Origin: Saccostrea cucullata
Lineage: Eukaryota
Length of the DNA: 64,000 nt
Direction of reading: 5' to 3'
Assembly (NCBI RefSeq): GCF_032062105.1
Contig: NW_026923116.1
Location: 62,001-126,000 of the forward strand
The notes under the pieces were generated by a model. That model saw nothing but the letters and a program-made list of their open reading frames with translations. It made no database searches and was not told the DNA's origin. Of this stretch, positions 25,601 to 40,369 are shown in pieces (positions within the stretch are counted from its first letter, which is position 1; each line of letters begins with the position of its first letter). Made by a program: the position numbers and the translations under genes.

Positions 25601-28428
25601 TTTTCTTGCTTATTAAATTTTCAATGCCAGAAAAATCACTTTTTATTAGTGCAGAAATGTCAAATAATTGATTGTGTGAAGCAATTTAAAACTTTTTCTT
25701 AGTCACAATTTTTAGGTGTCTTTTTTTAAATAAACTTAGAGTTCATTTTGTTTCATGCTTTAATTAGATAAAAACATTGGAGGGAAAACGTCAAAAATAT
25801 TTTTAATTAAGACACAAATTTCAGTGCCAAAAGAAGCGTATTGACCCCCATTTTTTGATTTGAATTTTAATTAAGCTATACATGTAGAAACTAAAAATAT
25901 ACTTGGCAAAAAAAGTTAAAGACTTTAAATATCAGGATCGAATGTCGTAAAGATAAAGGAATCAGAATTTCCTGGTAATATGCACATCTATGCATTATGC
26001 CAAAATATCTGCAAAGTTTGATGAATTTCTGGGCAGCGGTTTATGAGAACTTGCGCTGACAAACTGTTCATCTCTATAATCAAGATATGGTCAAAAATAT
26101 AAGTTGAAAAGTGCCTAAATTCCCAGAAAAATAAAGGAATCAGAATTTTCTTGTAATATGCACATCTACAAATTGTGTCCAAAATGTCTGCAAAGTTTGA
26201 CGAAATTCTGTGCAAAGCTTTATGAGGAGTTGTGCTGACAAAAAAAAAGAGGACTGATGGACTGACACACTAATGGACAGGTCAAAAACATTATACCTCC
26301 AGCAACTTGTTGCGTGGGGTATAATAAGGTCCCATATTAAGATCCAGAGCTCCCAAATTTAAATACTTTAGTTAGTCAGTTATGTGGCCTTTAATTTTTA
26401 CTCAACTTTTGCACAAGATAATTTAGACAAAAAAAATTATCACTACATACATAACAGAGAAATAAACTCCTCAGTGGAGGTGCTATTGATGCAAGTTTGT
26501 GATAAACATTGGTAAAGATTAGAGAGGTTCAAAAATTCAGCATTAAGAGCCTTACCCTGCAGCAACAACGTTGAGGTAAGAGTGTACAGAGCACAGAATT
26601 CCACCAGGTAGGTGCTGAAGTTGTCGGACATCTCCCTTCCTCTCCTGTAAGCATATCATTTCAATGGTTAATGCTTGATTTGTAGCTTCTCTCTTTTAAC
26701 ATAAATCTTATGAGAATACTTTAATATCCTTGTAAACATACTTCCAACTGTTTCTACTGAATTTGTTTCTGAATATACAATGAAATTACAGAGGGGGCTG
26801 TTGTGGTTTGAGGAAAAATATCTCTTCATGTGGATTTCATTTTGAGGTTGACAAAGTGCTGAGTTGTTAAACATTTGAAATACATGTAATATTTCATATG
26901 ATATGGATTTGAGGGTCTCCTTATACCTGGCACAAAACTATAAAATTATGCCATCACCCCCACCACCTCCTGAAAATTACAAGGGATTTATTATTTAAAA
27001 ACATTGAGGACCCTTCTGATTAAATTTGTGCAATTCTGTAGAGAAATACCTTCCAGTTTGAGAGAATACTCCTTTTTCTCATGATATTCTGCCTGACTAT
27101 GTCTTTCCAGTTTATTTTTTCTATAGTAAAAACATCCTCTTCATATCCAAGATCGTGGCAAATCTTACACCATAAGAATTCATCTTCAGCCAGGCTTTTC
27201 CAACTCCTGCTGACCTGAGGAAAAAATTAGACACCTTCTCTGAGGATGTTATTTAATAAGAAGGGGTTTCCTTAAGAATTGAAATAGCAGGGGGCATTTA
27301 AAAGAGGTAGAAGGGTGTAGGTTTCCTCTCCTTACATGGCTAAGGGGAATTACAAGAATAACATGGGCTTGCTTTATTATAGTTGGAGAAACTCCCCTAC
27401 CTTGGGTCTTAAGTAAAACCATGAACAAGTGTATCCTAGCTCTTCTCTGTTTTTTTCCCCAGTCATATTTAAGTTACAAGAAAAGAATATTAATTCAATA
27501 TTTCTGACTTACCTGGGCACACCTGCATAAATCTGGCATACTAAGATGCTGGAATATTTTGATTCCTACTTCTCTTGGGATGGACAAGTCAAAGAATGGA
27601 ATTTCGTTAATCTCATCCTGGAAAATAAAATAACTGTAACTACATTTACATCTATATACAATAAAACACAGTTATAGCTTTCAGCAAAGTGATTTTCATC
27701 ACTCTTATGTATAAAGCATGGCGTGAACTTAACAGATGGATTACATTTTATAACAAATTAAAATTGTTGGTAATGGCACTTTGCTTTAAGTGTGTTTTAC
27801 TGTTACATGTATAATTCTTTGACTTCTAGGTGAATCTACAGCATGCAGTAGCCTATTACACACACTGTTAAAAACACAAGAATTGCTTATCATGCAGATT
27901 ACGACATTATATTGAAATATAAGATTCTACCAAGTCTGAAATAAATTTGTCCAATATTCTTTCTTTGCTTTTGCCCGATCCATCATTTACACTTTGTTTA
28001 TTTGAGAATATATCTTTCAGTTTGAACTTCTTGACAGACTTGTCATTTGATTGTCGACCTTTAGGTCTCTTTAGACACTTTTCATTTATAACTGATTCTT
28101 TATTGCCAGTCTGTTGGTTCTCTAATTGAGGATTTTGTCCATCTTTTAACAGATTACACACAATGTTAAACGGATAATAAGCCACCTCCCGTTTACTGTT
28201 CAAACTATCATCATTCGGATTAGAGGTGATTATGTTATCATTTAACTTTATGTTGACACTTTTTGGTGGTGTTGCCACGTTATGATGTCTAGAACTTGAA
28301 GCTGAATTAGTCTCTTCATTACGATTCCTCTCTCCGTCCGCGTTTCCTCTATGTTGGTTGCTTTGTTTTCTGTTTACTTCCTCTTTCCATCTCTGTCTAA
28401 ACACTTCTAAATCCTGTGTATTTGCCAT
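20739..28428 (-). CDS. FBXW8: F-box/WD repeat-containing protein 8. Exons approx. 28428-27931, 27617-27513, 27214-27050, 26644-26556, 24819-24647, 24452-24253, 23909-23713, 23422-23294, 22972-22797, 21080-20973, 20881-20739
   Basis: N-terminus DLEVFRQRWKEE; F-box DEINEIPFFDLSIPREVGIKIFQHLSMPDLCRCAQVSRSWKSLAEDEFLW; WD repeats (GHMYEVTSVQMDDWKVVSGGFGGFVYVWDLR); C-terminus YNMALVNPYDKI. All resemble FBXW8. Confidence 0.9.
21246..22675 (+). mobile_element. Helentron-associated element (HINE) carrying about 7 copies of a ~166-bp satellite (Cg170-like)
   Basis: 5' AACAAGAGGCCCAAGGGCCAC..CTCACCTGAGC; tandem ~165-166-bp units marked by CTTGAATCTACACTACCTGAGG; an (ACAACG/ACG) microsatellite; 3' palindrome AGCTCACTTGAGCCTTTGGCTCAGGTGAGCT. 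Confidence 0.85.
25012..26327 (+). mobile_element. HINE-type element, second family, interrupted by ~0.85 kb of other sequence
   Basis: Shares the 5' end AAAAAGTGAGCAA(A/G)CTCACATA, ~180-bp internal repeats and the 3' end GGTCAAAAACATTATACCTC..GCAACTTGTTGC..TATAAT with the copy at 46451-46920. Confidence 0.65.
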
Positions 28429-29792
28429 TTGTAATCTCAGATATGTTGGTATCTCGATGACATTCCTTTTGGCTTTGCAAACGTTGAAAATACGACACTG
28501 TAAAATTCAATGTTTACATCCAAAGTATTTTCCTACGTTATGAAAATATCCGAGAAGTTACGAATGTTTTTACTATTCTTGTGTATTTCGAACCCGATCC
28601 TATTTTACCGCTATATTTGCAACTTTCAGATAAAATATTAAAATATACATACATTGAATATTTGAATAAACATGTACATTCATGTATAAAAGACATAAAT
28701 GTCCTTTTTATTTTGCCTCCATTAACTTACGATTAAATATTTATCTAATAAATTTTCAAAGTTCATACTCCACATGACCTGGGAGGGTAGCATGACCTTA
28801 AAAAAATGTCAGATGGTCAAATTGAGGTTCCCTCAGAAGAATGCATAATTTTTCATGGCTATAATTTTTAATATCCTATAATGGAGCAACCTATTTTGAA
28901 GCTTGTTTAAGAATGTGTCAAGGCCTTGACCTATGACCATTTGACCAAGGTCACTGACAGAAAACAAAAAAATCAATCTTCAGTCCTCATCTTTCATACT
29001 TCACAAGTCCTTTGGGTGACATATGACTCATGATAAACTTAAAAACATTAACTGTATCAACTTTTATTTTTTAAAAACAAATTAATATACTATAAACATA
29101 CATGTATATTTAAAAAAAAAAATTAAAATGTAACACACAGTTCTGAATTAATCGTATAATACATGTACACGTAAAAACAGCACTGTTGCAATTGGCTATA
29201 GCACTTCAACAAATTTAATATAAGAACTTAATGCAATTAATGACACATATCAAGTCCTAAAAATTTGTTCCTGTTATATTTTGTGACACACTGATGGGTT
29301 TCAAAGAAGACATGGCTGAACAGATACTGATAAACATATTCACAAAATTTTACAAAATCATGAAGAATGAACAAGATAAGCATGTCCTTATTTTGCTGTC
29401 ATTATCTGCATCTATTTCATCTTAAAATATCAACTCAATATTAACATTGATGATCCATAGTTAAATTTTTCATGTTTTAAATTAGTTAAAGAGGAACTTT
29501 TAATTAACAAGTTGGCATAATATACACAAAATATACACATTGAAAATCGATAAAAAAAAGTACATAATTATTTGATCATAATTAGGTTGATAGTTGCTTA
29601 GCAAAATAATTATTAAGAGTGGAGATTAATACAGGTATCTATTGAACAATGTAAATGTCATTTTGCATTTATAAAATCACAAGTAACAACATACTAGACT
29701 GATTTGGCAAGATCATTATTAACAATGTTAATCAACACAATTTCAAAACAAACTTAATAATGTCATATTTTTTCATCACAATCATTAGGTGT

Positions 29793-32700
29793 TTAAGCAG
29801 ACTTCTTCAGTTCTTTTTTGAGGGCCTCGAGATCAAAATACAGGTTACGATGTAGAAGTTCTGAGGCACACAGCAATCCCCCAAAGAGGGCCCCTGTCAA
29901 ACCTGCTGACATGATGTCCTGACCTGTTTAAAGTAGGAAAGCAAATTATCAATTAGCTTCATTACTAATTCTTTAAAGATAAACTCAAATGAGGGAAATA
30001 CTGGATTAAAAATTTTTTTTCTTTTACAATAAAATCTGCTTATACTAAATATAGTGATGTGTCTGGGATGTGCAATAAATGTAATTTGTTATATCCATAA
30101 GATTATAATGTATGTTTCAAAACTATAAGAATTGAAAATCACTTTGCTGTTCTGTTCTAAGCATGTTCCCTATAACTGTGTTTTACTGTTCATGAATACT
30201 TAAAGTTATAATCAAGTATACATTCTCAGAATGTATATTTAATTTACCGTAAGCAAAAAAATATTACATACATGATTTATCTTTTTCTCTACATAGGAGC
30301 AACATATAAATGATTATGTTGTTCATTAGAAATATTTAATGAGACTGATGAAATATGATTTATGTATCTGTATATTAAAATGTACTTACCTGTCAAGTAT
30401 AGACCAGGGATATCTGTCTTGGCCCTCAGTTGTATGGAGGCCTCGGGTAGAAACCTACGCATGTTGTGATCCAGCCCGTACATTTCTCCATCTTGGAATC
30501 CCAGGTAGTATTTGTTACTCAGAGGCGTCCCTACGTCAAAGTACTCCACCTAAAATAAATGAAAATGTATAAACTTTAGGAAAAACTTAAAAACATCAAG
30601 AAAATGTAGATCTATTCCAGCATCTGAAATTCAGTCTGATAGTAAAAGAGGTAAACTTTGAATAGGGATTATTTTTGTGATCAGTGAAACTTCATAAAAT
30701 TAACCTTCATGAGAAATTTTTTAAATCATAAGACCTTATATGATAACCTATATACATGTATGATATATTCAGTCAATCAGTTTTCTTTGTTTCCTAAAAG
30801 TTATCCATAGACAAACACTGACAGCTAATATTTCAAACTGTTTATTTCTTAAAAAAAGCACTGAAATCTCTGACCTTCCCCTCAATATTGGGGTATAACT
30901 TGGTGCAGGTGGCCAGCATCTTTTTTCCGATGACAGTTTTGAGGTCCTCGTAATCCTCCCCCCTGTGTTTGACTCGACCCTCCTCCCACTTCTTAAACCA
31001 GGAATACCTCGACAACGTAATCAACAGACAGGTGGACTTATCTGTAAAAAGAAATTACATGTACATGTATTAAATTTCTTCATGTATTGTTATCTCCCCT
31101 CACAAAGGAGTTGGATGGAATATAGTAGCATGCTTATGTGTGTGTTAGTTTGTCCTTGTGCAAAGCTGAAGTGAAGTAATTTGCATTGGGATTGATGTTA
31201 AATACTGCATTGATTTATATATTGCTCTTTATGAGGGTATGCTCCATACTGTTGTTCATGCAAATTGGCCATATTGCAGAGGTGAATAAGTAAAGCAGAT
31301 TATGTGCATGAATATTCAAATACATGTACAATGTATTAAGACTCCAAGAAAATTATCTTATATATGTAAAATGAAAATTCATGTATGATGTAGACCAATT
31401 TTGCTATAGGCTCATAAATTTTCAATATTTTGTAGAAAGACAGTCAATCATGCAACCAGCCATACATTTTTCTGATGAAACAAAATGCGCTATGTGTGTT
31501 TGTTAAACCTTTTATTCAATCTTCATATACTGATCATGTAAGGAATATATGAAGGCTCGACTACCTGGATTTCTATCATGCCAGGTTGGGTCTTTGGCTG
31601 AAGGAAAGGAAACAAACATCAGTGGGACATCAGCCTCCTTCAGTTTGTCTAGCGGTAATGACAGGTAATCCTCAAATGTCTGCTCTAAATTGTGGCTGTA
31701 AAATAAAGAAGTGATGCCAAAGTTAACATTTTGCCTGAATTTAAGAGTATTTATTTTGTAGAAATTGATATTCTGGCACCTTAGGTACAATCATTTATAA
31801 ATATCTATACAACTAACTAATATCCTACTCTTGGATGCATTAAACAGTCCCATATATCTTTTTTTGATAAATTTGAAAAGGGTTAAATCAGGTACACAGT
31901 ACCACAGTAAAGAATGTCCATCATATGCAAATGAGTCTATGCTCATGATTAAGTTCACATGTAACTTTTTACTTGTTAAAGCTCCAGCAGTTGTGTGCCT
32001 GTATCCCCAGTTCTTCCTTGTTCCCACGTAGACCAATAAACACTGAGATGTAAGACAAACTATCTCCAACTTTGTTAATCATGGGGTATATGCCTGAAAA
32101 AATATTATTAAAAATATTCATGGTCATATACATATGTACTTAACTAGACTTATGCATGTAGTGACTACTTAATGTTAATCAGACACATATTTTTACCTTT
32201 TCTAAAAATACCATTTTTTGTGATTTTAAATTTTCCTCTGTTAATTAAGAGCCTTCAAATGTTGAAATGCCATGAATTTTACAATCAAAAACATCATAAA
32301 TGTAGATTAATCTTTTCAACTGATTTTTTTTGTAAACAGATACTGACAAATGCTTGATTTTATTCAAATGTACTAGCTAGGGCACACTTATGCATAAATT
32401 TATTTTTATCATACATGTATACCATTTGAATTAACTGACAAGAAGAGGTGTGGAAGGAGCTAATATATAACTAATGCTATAATCATGACTTCAGTACACT
32501 CACAAGATTTTGTGGCCACTTCTTTAGGTAGCAGACGTAAAAATGTATTGGACACTCCTGCATCTGTTACGATTTGTGGTGCATATATTTCTACAGCATC
32601 TTCACCTTTCTTGACCTTTACACCTAAAAGATATAACAATAACAAATGTATGAGGTTACCCATACCTGTAATCAGTACAGCATCACAATTTCATCAAAAT

Positions 32701-35700
32701 TATGTGTTTATATGGCTATCAACATTTCTCATTAGAAATGCATTTTTACCAACTGCTCTGCCTGAATTTACGATGATTTCCGATACAGGGGCATTGACCA
32801 GTACCTTGCCCCCCAGCTCTTCAATGATCTGTACCATCTGAAATGGGATCTCACTTGGGCCCCCTCTTATATAGTGCCCTCCCTTGAAATAGTGTCGCAT
32901 CACAGTGGAATGGAGTCCAAATGATGCCTTTGAAGGTACAACACCTACAAGTAACACAATGATACATAAATATATGGAGATAGTTTTAGCTTTTGCGGGC
33001 TAATCTTTACAATATGTGCTCTAATAACTCATAGTTCATTATCAAACAAAAACAAAATTGTTAAGAAATAACAAAATTACCAAATTCAGAGAATGCATGT
33101 ACAGATCAACCAATTCGACCCACTTATTAATGTTTTAGAAAATCTGAATTTATGCATTTATTTAATCATTACAGGACTTTTCTGGCACTCCTTAAAAACT
33201 TATAAAAATATTTGATTTCTAAATTAACAACTACTGCTAAATCTTCCCAATTATTTCACACCTCCCTTAATGCTTACCATAATCTCCAAAGATGTATGAC
33301 AATGTCGCTTTAAGTTCCTCGTCATCAGTGATATCATCAAGGACCTGTTTCAGGGTGATTTTCCCGAATCGAACGTAGGACTTAAACATCAGGTTCATTA
33401 ATCCAGTGGAGACTAACAGCCTGGCCACCCATTTAGGAACCAACTTCAGGACAAAGTATCCTTCAAAGAAGTTTTTAGACTCCTACAAAATTTGAGATCA
33501 ATAAAATTATTTAAGGATTTATTGCTAATGAATTTATTGTACTAGTAAAAAATCTAGACTTCTTAAGTGTGACCACTGAATAACCTATTTGTACAATGTA
33601 GGTTGGAAAATATAATGTTAATTTTTAAGAATTCAAATTTTAATAATGAAAACCTTTCATTTTTTTTAATTTTTGTAAAATTTATCAATTAATGCTAGTA
33701 CATGTAGCATCATAATGTAACTATATATTAATACCATTACATGTAGTATAACTGAAAAAAAAATTATGTGTATATAAACATTTTCTACCTTAAATAAGAT
33801 TAAACCTTCAGAACGAATTCAGAACCTACCCTGAGAAGCCTATAAAATTTTTCAATAGCATCTTTTTCTTTTGGGAAACATTTGATGAGGTTTTCCTTGG
33901 TTTTCTGCTCCCCTGTCATAAAAGGATATTTCCTGACTTTTTCATGATGAGGATCCCCAATAGCAACCTGTAAATTACAGGGGATTTACACATGTATCAT
34001 AATAATTGTGATCACTATAAGTGAATCACTCCTCAATTTTCCTCTATCTAATAAAACAGAATTAAAGGGAATTAACTCTTCCAATTCTGCTTTCAATGAA
34101 AAAAACATTTGTACAAAATCTAAAGGTGCATGGCCCAAAAAACTGATAAACTATAAAGTGCTTTTATTATCTTATCAAAAAAATAGTTTAGATATTGTTT
34201 GAATAATTTTTACAATTTATGGTAGAATCTGTTTAAATTTAGCTCCTTACAAAATCGTGGGGCAAACGGTAGATCACATTTAATTAGAATGAACAATGAT
34301 AGTTTGGTTTATATCATACACTTATCCACTGGTTGTGAGAGGGATAGGCTTATCAAACGACAGGGAACATCCCCAAGGGCTTCGTCCTGTCAAGGGTTTG
34401 ATAAAAGAGCTATCCCACTCACAACCAGTGGATCGTTTTATTATACTGATGTATAATATAATTTCTGAGGTTTGAATTTTTTGGTGTAAGATAATACTGC
34501 AAGAATAATCTGAAATCCTGATAACGTCACAATGCTACTGAAGTCATTATGACATCATCAGTCAATAGATTTATCGCTGGAAATCAAAATTGGCGGCAAA
34601 AATTGCATGAAAAAAGGGTGGATAAAAACTATACCCCGGGGTATAGCTTTGCTGTGCGTGAACTATAAAAGATAGTTATTTTACCTTCTTAACTTTATAT
34701 GGAAAACATTTTAACAGAAGTATAATAATATATACTGTAATACATAGGGATGTCAATGAATAGTCGACTATTCGACTGTCAGTCAAATGGGCCGGTGATC
34801 AAATAATGAAACAACATTTGAATATTAAATAACTGCAAGAAAAGGGGGTGATAATGAAATTTTCATCTAAAATTTTAACAAGAGGCCCAGGGGCCACAGC
34901 GCTCACCTGAGCACATCAGCTAGGAAAAAACACATATCAGATCAGAACTGAAAGTTAACTCAAGTTGGGGGGGGGGGGGGGGGTGAATTTTAACCGCCAA
35001 GGGGATCATAATTTGAACGAACTAGAATCTACATTACCTGAGGATGATTCATACAAATATTACTAATCCTGGCTTTGAAGTACTTGAAAAGAAGATTTAA
35101 AAAGGATTCCCTATATATTTCTATGTAAAACTTTGGTTGGCCATTTTGGCCACACCCTTACACCGGGGTCATGACTTGAACAAACTTGAATCTACACTAC
35201 CTGAGGATAATTTCACATGAGTTTCATCTTTCCTGTTTCAATGGTTCTTGAGAAGAAGATTTTGAAAGATTTTTCCTATATATTTCTATATAAAACTTTG
35301 ATCGGCCATTTTGGCTCCGCCCTACCCACGAGGGTCATGACTTGAACAAATTTGAATCTACACTACCTGAGGATGATTCCACATGAGTTTCATTTTTCCT
35401 GGCCCAGTGGTTACAGAAGAAGATTTTGAAAGATTTTTCCTATATATTCCTATGTAAAACTTTGATCGGCCATTTTGGCCCCGCCCTACCCCCGTGGGTC
35501 ATGACTTGAACAAACTTGAATCTACACTACCTGAGGATGATTCCTCATGAGTTTCATCTTTCCTGGCCCATTGGTTCTTGAGAAGAAGATTTTTAAATAT
35601 TTTCCCTATATATTCCTATGTAAAACTTTGATCGGCCATTTTGGCCCCGCCCTACCCCCAGGGGTCATGACTTGAACAAACTTGAATCTACACTACCTGA

Positions 35701-36137
35701 GGATAATTTCACATGAGTTTCATCTTTCCTGTTTCAATGGTTCTTGAGAAGAAGATTTTGAAAGATTTTTCCTATATATTCCTATGTAAAACTTTGATCG
35801 GCCATTTTGGCCCCGCCCTACCCCCGGGGGTCATGACTTGAACAAACTTGAATCTACACTACCTGAGGATGATACCACATGAGTTTCATTTTTCCTGGCC
35901 CAGTGGTTCTTGAGAAGAAGATTTTGAAAAATTTTTCCTATATATTCCTATGTAAAACTTTGATCGGCCATTTTGGCCCCGCCCTACCCCCGGGGGTCAT
36001 GACTTGAACAAACTTGAATCATTAAGTTTATAAATTATTTTACACTACCTGAGGATTGAAACATGAATCTTTCCTGGCCCAGTGGTTCTTGAGGAGAAGA
36101 TTTTTTAAAAATGCCAATAATTTTTCTCTAAATCATG

Positions 36138-36169
<32 letters not shown>

Positions 36170-36275
36170 TATTTGAACAAACTTGCATCCCCTTCACCCA
36201 AGGATACTTTGTGCCAAATTCAAATCCAGTGGTTCTTGAGGAGAAGATGAAAATGTGAAAAGCACAACGACAACA

Positions 36276-36337
<62 letters not shown>

Positions 36338-39074
36338 GGGTTCTTGTTCAAACTAAACGGCTGTATAGTGTACATCCTCAGACAAATAAGAGCTCAAACA
36401 CAGTCACAGTATATAAATAATTTCCACATTGTACACATAGAAAATACAGTAATTACATACCACAATAATTTTCAATCATTGACTTTTTTGTTATTGTACG
36501 TAGAAAATTACGCAATGATTTATTGGACTATGAAAATTATTTAATTGACATGTACCAATTATATTTATAAACTCTAGGAATTTCAAATGCTTAGGAATAC
36601 ACAGTACTTGCATAGTCGTGAAGTTTTAAAGTTTGATAATTATTAAAAGAATAATATTACATAAAAGACATTTTGATACTCAGTATATAGCTTGGGCAAT
36701 CATTAATTGAACAAACAGTATTTAACATTTTCATCGGAGGTGTAGATAGTGTGTGTATACAATTTCCCATTTCCAATTTATTTCAATTTTCCAATTTATT
36801 TTAATTAATAAGCTTTCAAAAACACTGTGCTATAAAAAAAATAATAAATGCTCCGAAAAGTCGACTATCGTTTGAATAATGCAATGGAATGTTCAACTAA
36901 GGAAAATTAATATTTTGACCTCCCTAGTATTTTTATACAGCATGCACTATGATATAATTCGCAGGGCCTACCACATCATAAGCTTCGTCCATTCTGGGGT
37001 ACTCCACTCTACCACCGGTCACCTGGTCCATCAACACTCGGTCATCATCATGTGGCTCCATCTTACCAATGTAGTGGACGCCTAGTAGTGTACAAAAGAG
37101 TTTAATAAATAATGCTTTTTTTTAACTGTATTTGAAAGGAAATAGAGAAATTTAAAATGAATTTCTATTCTCCATCATCTCAGATTATTATATCTACATG
37201 ATAACATCAATCTGACTGATCAAATGATCACAATATTAAATTGTTTTCTCTAATGTCGCACCTGGTAAACATTTGTGTATCTTTCTTAATGTACTTCCAA
37301 TACACCCTTACAGGCTTATAATGAAGTGTCAAGGACGAGCGATTTTTCTTCATTATAAGCGTAATTTTAATTAAAATTATATCCATTAAGTTTATAAATT
37401 ATTTTCATGTCAAAGGAATTGAAAATAACTTTTTTGTAAGCATCAATTCATTATATTAAGCATGTTTACTTTATCCATGTTTTACTGTATACCTGTATCA
37501 AATTCAAATCCTTTATCGTGGAAGGTATGACAGCAGCCTCCAGCCTGATCATGCTGCTCCAGGACCAGAACTTTCTTCCCTGCACGGGCGAGCAGTACCC
37601 CCACACTCATACCTCCCATACCACTCCCAATGATGATCGTGTCCAAGTTTGGAGGGATTTTGCTGACCTTGAACCCTACAGAATATAACAACTCTTTTTT
37701 CTAAGGCATTATAAGAAACTGATTTGATTGACATTATGCTACAATATTTCAAGACTATTGCAAGTCAAGCATTCTTCCTGGGAAAAAAAATTTGTTGACA
37801 CAATCATGCTGATCAATTTAGTGTTAATTTTTATATCAACAGTGAACTTGATTTGACATTGACCTTGACCTCTACATGACCTTTACCTTATTCTGATTCT
37901 GCCTGTCGCATTATGAACCGATGTTTCAGGGAAATGAAAATACAATGAAGCTTTAATAGAATGAATTTCCTTTTAAGTTTTTAAATTATTCTTGATGTTT
38001 TAATCTTTTCAGTATAAAACATTGAAAACTGATTGCATTTTGGCAAATTATATTATCGATAAAGAAGCAATTCTTCAGGAAATTATTATTACAAGTCACA
38101 GATACTTGATGATATTCTAATGTGTAATGGAAGAAAAATATGTTTACAATTTGTAGTCAAACTTAATTGATAGGTCATTCAAATTGTAAATATATAGGTA
38201 CTATGTAGTCATGTATCTTATACAATGTCAGGGAATGATTCATTCTTCATATATAATAACTAATTCTAAATGATTGAATACCGAGTTTAATTTACATCAA
38301 ATTAAGAATGCTTTGCCATAATTGGTTTTTTTTTTTTAATCATGCAATTTAGATTCATATTGAGGTTTTCTCTGTATTTAGTAAAATTATTTCCATGCAT
38401 TCCTATTTTGTGACTTAATTATCCATGTTTTGTCAACACCCCAATGCTATAGGATCATGGCCATAGGAACCGGGAGGGGGGTGGCTGTGCCCCAATAATT
38501 TTGACGATATATAGTATACTATAGAAAATATAGTATATGCTCAAGCCCAATAAAAACGTCCAATGCCATTTTTTTGCTTGTAAGTTGTAGTTGATACTGC
38601 CCCCAACCCCCAACTTAAAACATATGGCTGTGCCCCCCCCCCCCCCTTCAAATTAAACTACAAACCTGAAGATATATAGCATCCACTGTATTATAAATAA
38701 TGTAATTTAAAAATATTGTATCCATGCAATCAGACACATAAACATGATAAAAGTTTAGAACATTGTTTAAACTTGAATTGCATGCTTCCAGTTACTTTCA
38801 ACAATAATTTACAAATTAATTGATATTTCTAAAATTTGAATATTTACACACTTTGTTTAAGAATTCGATCTCGCTCTTTCTGATCACTGACCAATGGTTC
38901 CACTGGACGTACATGTTTTGTAGAAAAGGGATTTTTAGCAGGTTTGGGTCCAGAGAAGAAAACTGACAAGGCGAAAATAAACACTGCAAGAAGGACTATT
39001 AATCCTAAAATAGACGGATTATTTGAAAGATATTGCAGTAGACTGCTAAACAATGATAAAACACTTGATATCAT
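29793..39074 (-). CDS. RETSAT: All-trans-retinol 13,14-reductase-like, paralog A. Exons 39074-38852, 37675-37493, 37081-36972, 33967-33830, 33482-33278, 32944-32750, 32623-32504, 32093-31973, 31695-31565, 31041-30875, 30549-30390, 29923-29793
   Basis: N-terminal TM segment; Rossmann motif [11 protein letters not shown]; [21 protein letters not shown]; [12 protein letters not shown]; GEMYGLDH; [10 protein letters not shown]. Ends KKSA-stop. Twelve in-frame GT-AG exons. Confidence 0.92.
34310..34730. mobile_element. Palindrome-headed non-autonomous element (Crypton-like)
   Basis: Imperfect hairpin ATCCACTGGTTGTGAGAGGGATAG...CTATCCCACTCACAACCAGTGGAT, then TTATTATACT, with the inverted AGTATAATAA at the far end; no TSD. 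Confidence 0.45.
34745..36926. mobile_element. hAT-like MITE remnant hosting the nested HINE
   Basis: Termini TAGGGATGTCAA...TTGACCTCCCTA (1 mismatch), subterminal AGTCGACTAT near both ends; TSD not preserved. Confidence 0.5.
34877..36336 (+). mobile_element. Second HINE with ~166-bp satellite array (same family as 21246-22675)
   Basis: Same 5' box, about 7 satellite units and the 3' palindrome AGCTCACTTGAGCCTTCGGCTCAGGTGAGCT. Confidence 0.85.
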
Positions 39075-40369
39075 CTTTCCTTCTCGAGCTTTTAAACTTT
39101 GCCCTGTTTCTTATCAGTGAGCTTCGGTCATGTGTGTCACTTTGTTTATTTATGTGTATAGTATTTAAATGAACATCAATCCCGATCTTTTTTTCGAAGG
39201 GGGGGGGGGGGGCTCGGGGTTAAAAATAATGCATTTAGAATTTTGCAATTTATTGGTTACATATTTTGTAACAAATAAATCGTGAAACAATTCGTGAAAG
39301 AGAAAAAAACACATTATTTATGGTGTGAATTCCATCAAACAAATGGAAGATAAACAAAATATACATGATTCAACCATTAAAAAAAAATCAAAAAGATCGA
39401 CTGCTAGTTTTGTACATTCATCATCTTAAACTAAGTACTTTTAAATATTGCATATTGATTTTCAAAAAAATAAAATAAATAAATATGAAGTAAACGAATT
39501 AAATATGATAAAATTTGTTAATTTTACTGTTAACAATTAAAAGTTAACGATTATCATTGATATATATAATTAATATTGGGAAAATATCATAGACAGAAAA
39601 AAAACCCACAATATCTACATAGAAAAAAATATTTCTGCACAAATTAGAAAAGTATAATGACCACATATTCCTACATGTATCATTAAACTCTTTAAAATTT
39701 TGTACTAATTTAATGATTGAAAATTAAAGGTACTTGGACACAGATTTGAAGTAAATATTTTCTCTATAATATTACCACTTATATATTCTAATAGCATTTC
39801 ACACAAAAATTAATTGAAAATCTTATTTCATATAAAAGGTATTAAAATTTAAAAATCAATCTAGTTCTTACAAAGATAGAGTAAATTCAATTTTCTACAT
39901 ATTTCTGTTAAAAATGGATTTAAGAACTAAAATTCCCCTGAATGTATTAGTTAATCAAATTTGATGGCTAGTATTATTCAATTTTTTGTAATTTTATTAT
40001 TTGAAAAACAATGAAAAAATGAATTTCTAGATAATTATTTAAATACATGTATCAAAAAGAGCAATTAGGTCACAGTAATAAATAATTTCGTTCTCTTCCT
40101 CACTCCTAAATTTAAGGTAAAATACGAATAAGCTTGTGACATACATGTATATAATAATTAGGGCTGGGCTATAATACCGATATTCCGGTATTTGTGATTC
40201 GTAAACAAAAAATATATTGTATTGCAATAAATTATGTTTTTCTAGAAGTACACATATATATTGGCAAACTGCATGGGTTTTTAGATAGATTTCTTACTTA
40301 AAATTAAATATGTTAAATATCATTTCAATTGTGCCAAACAGTACCAAACAGTAAGGTTGCTGCTGTATG

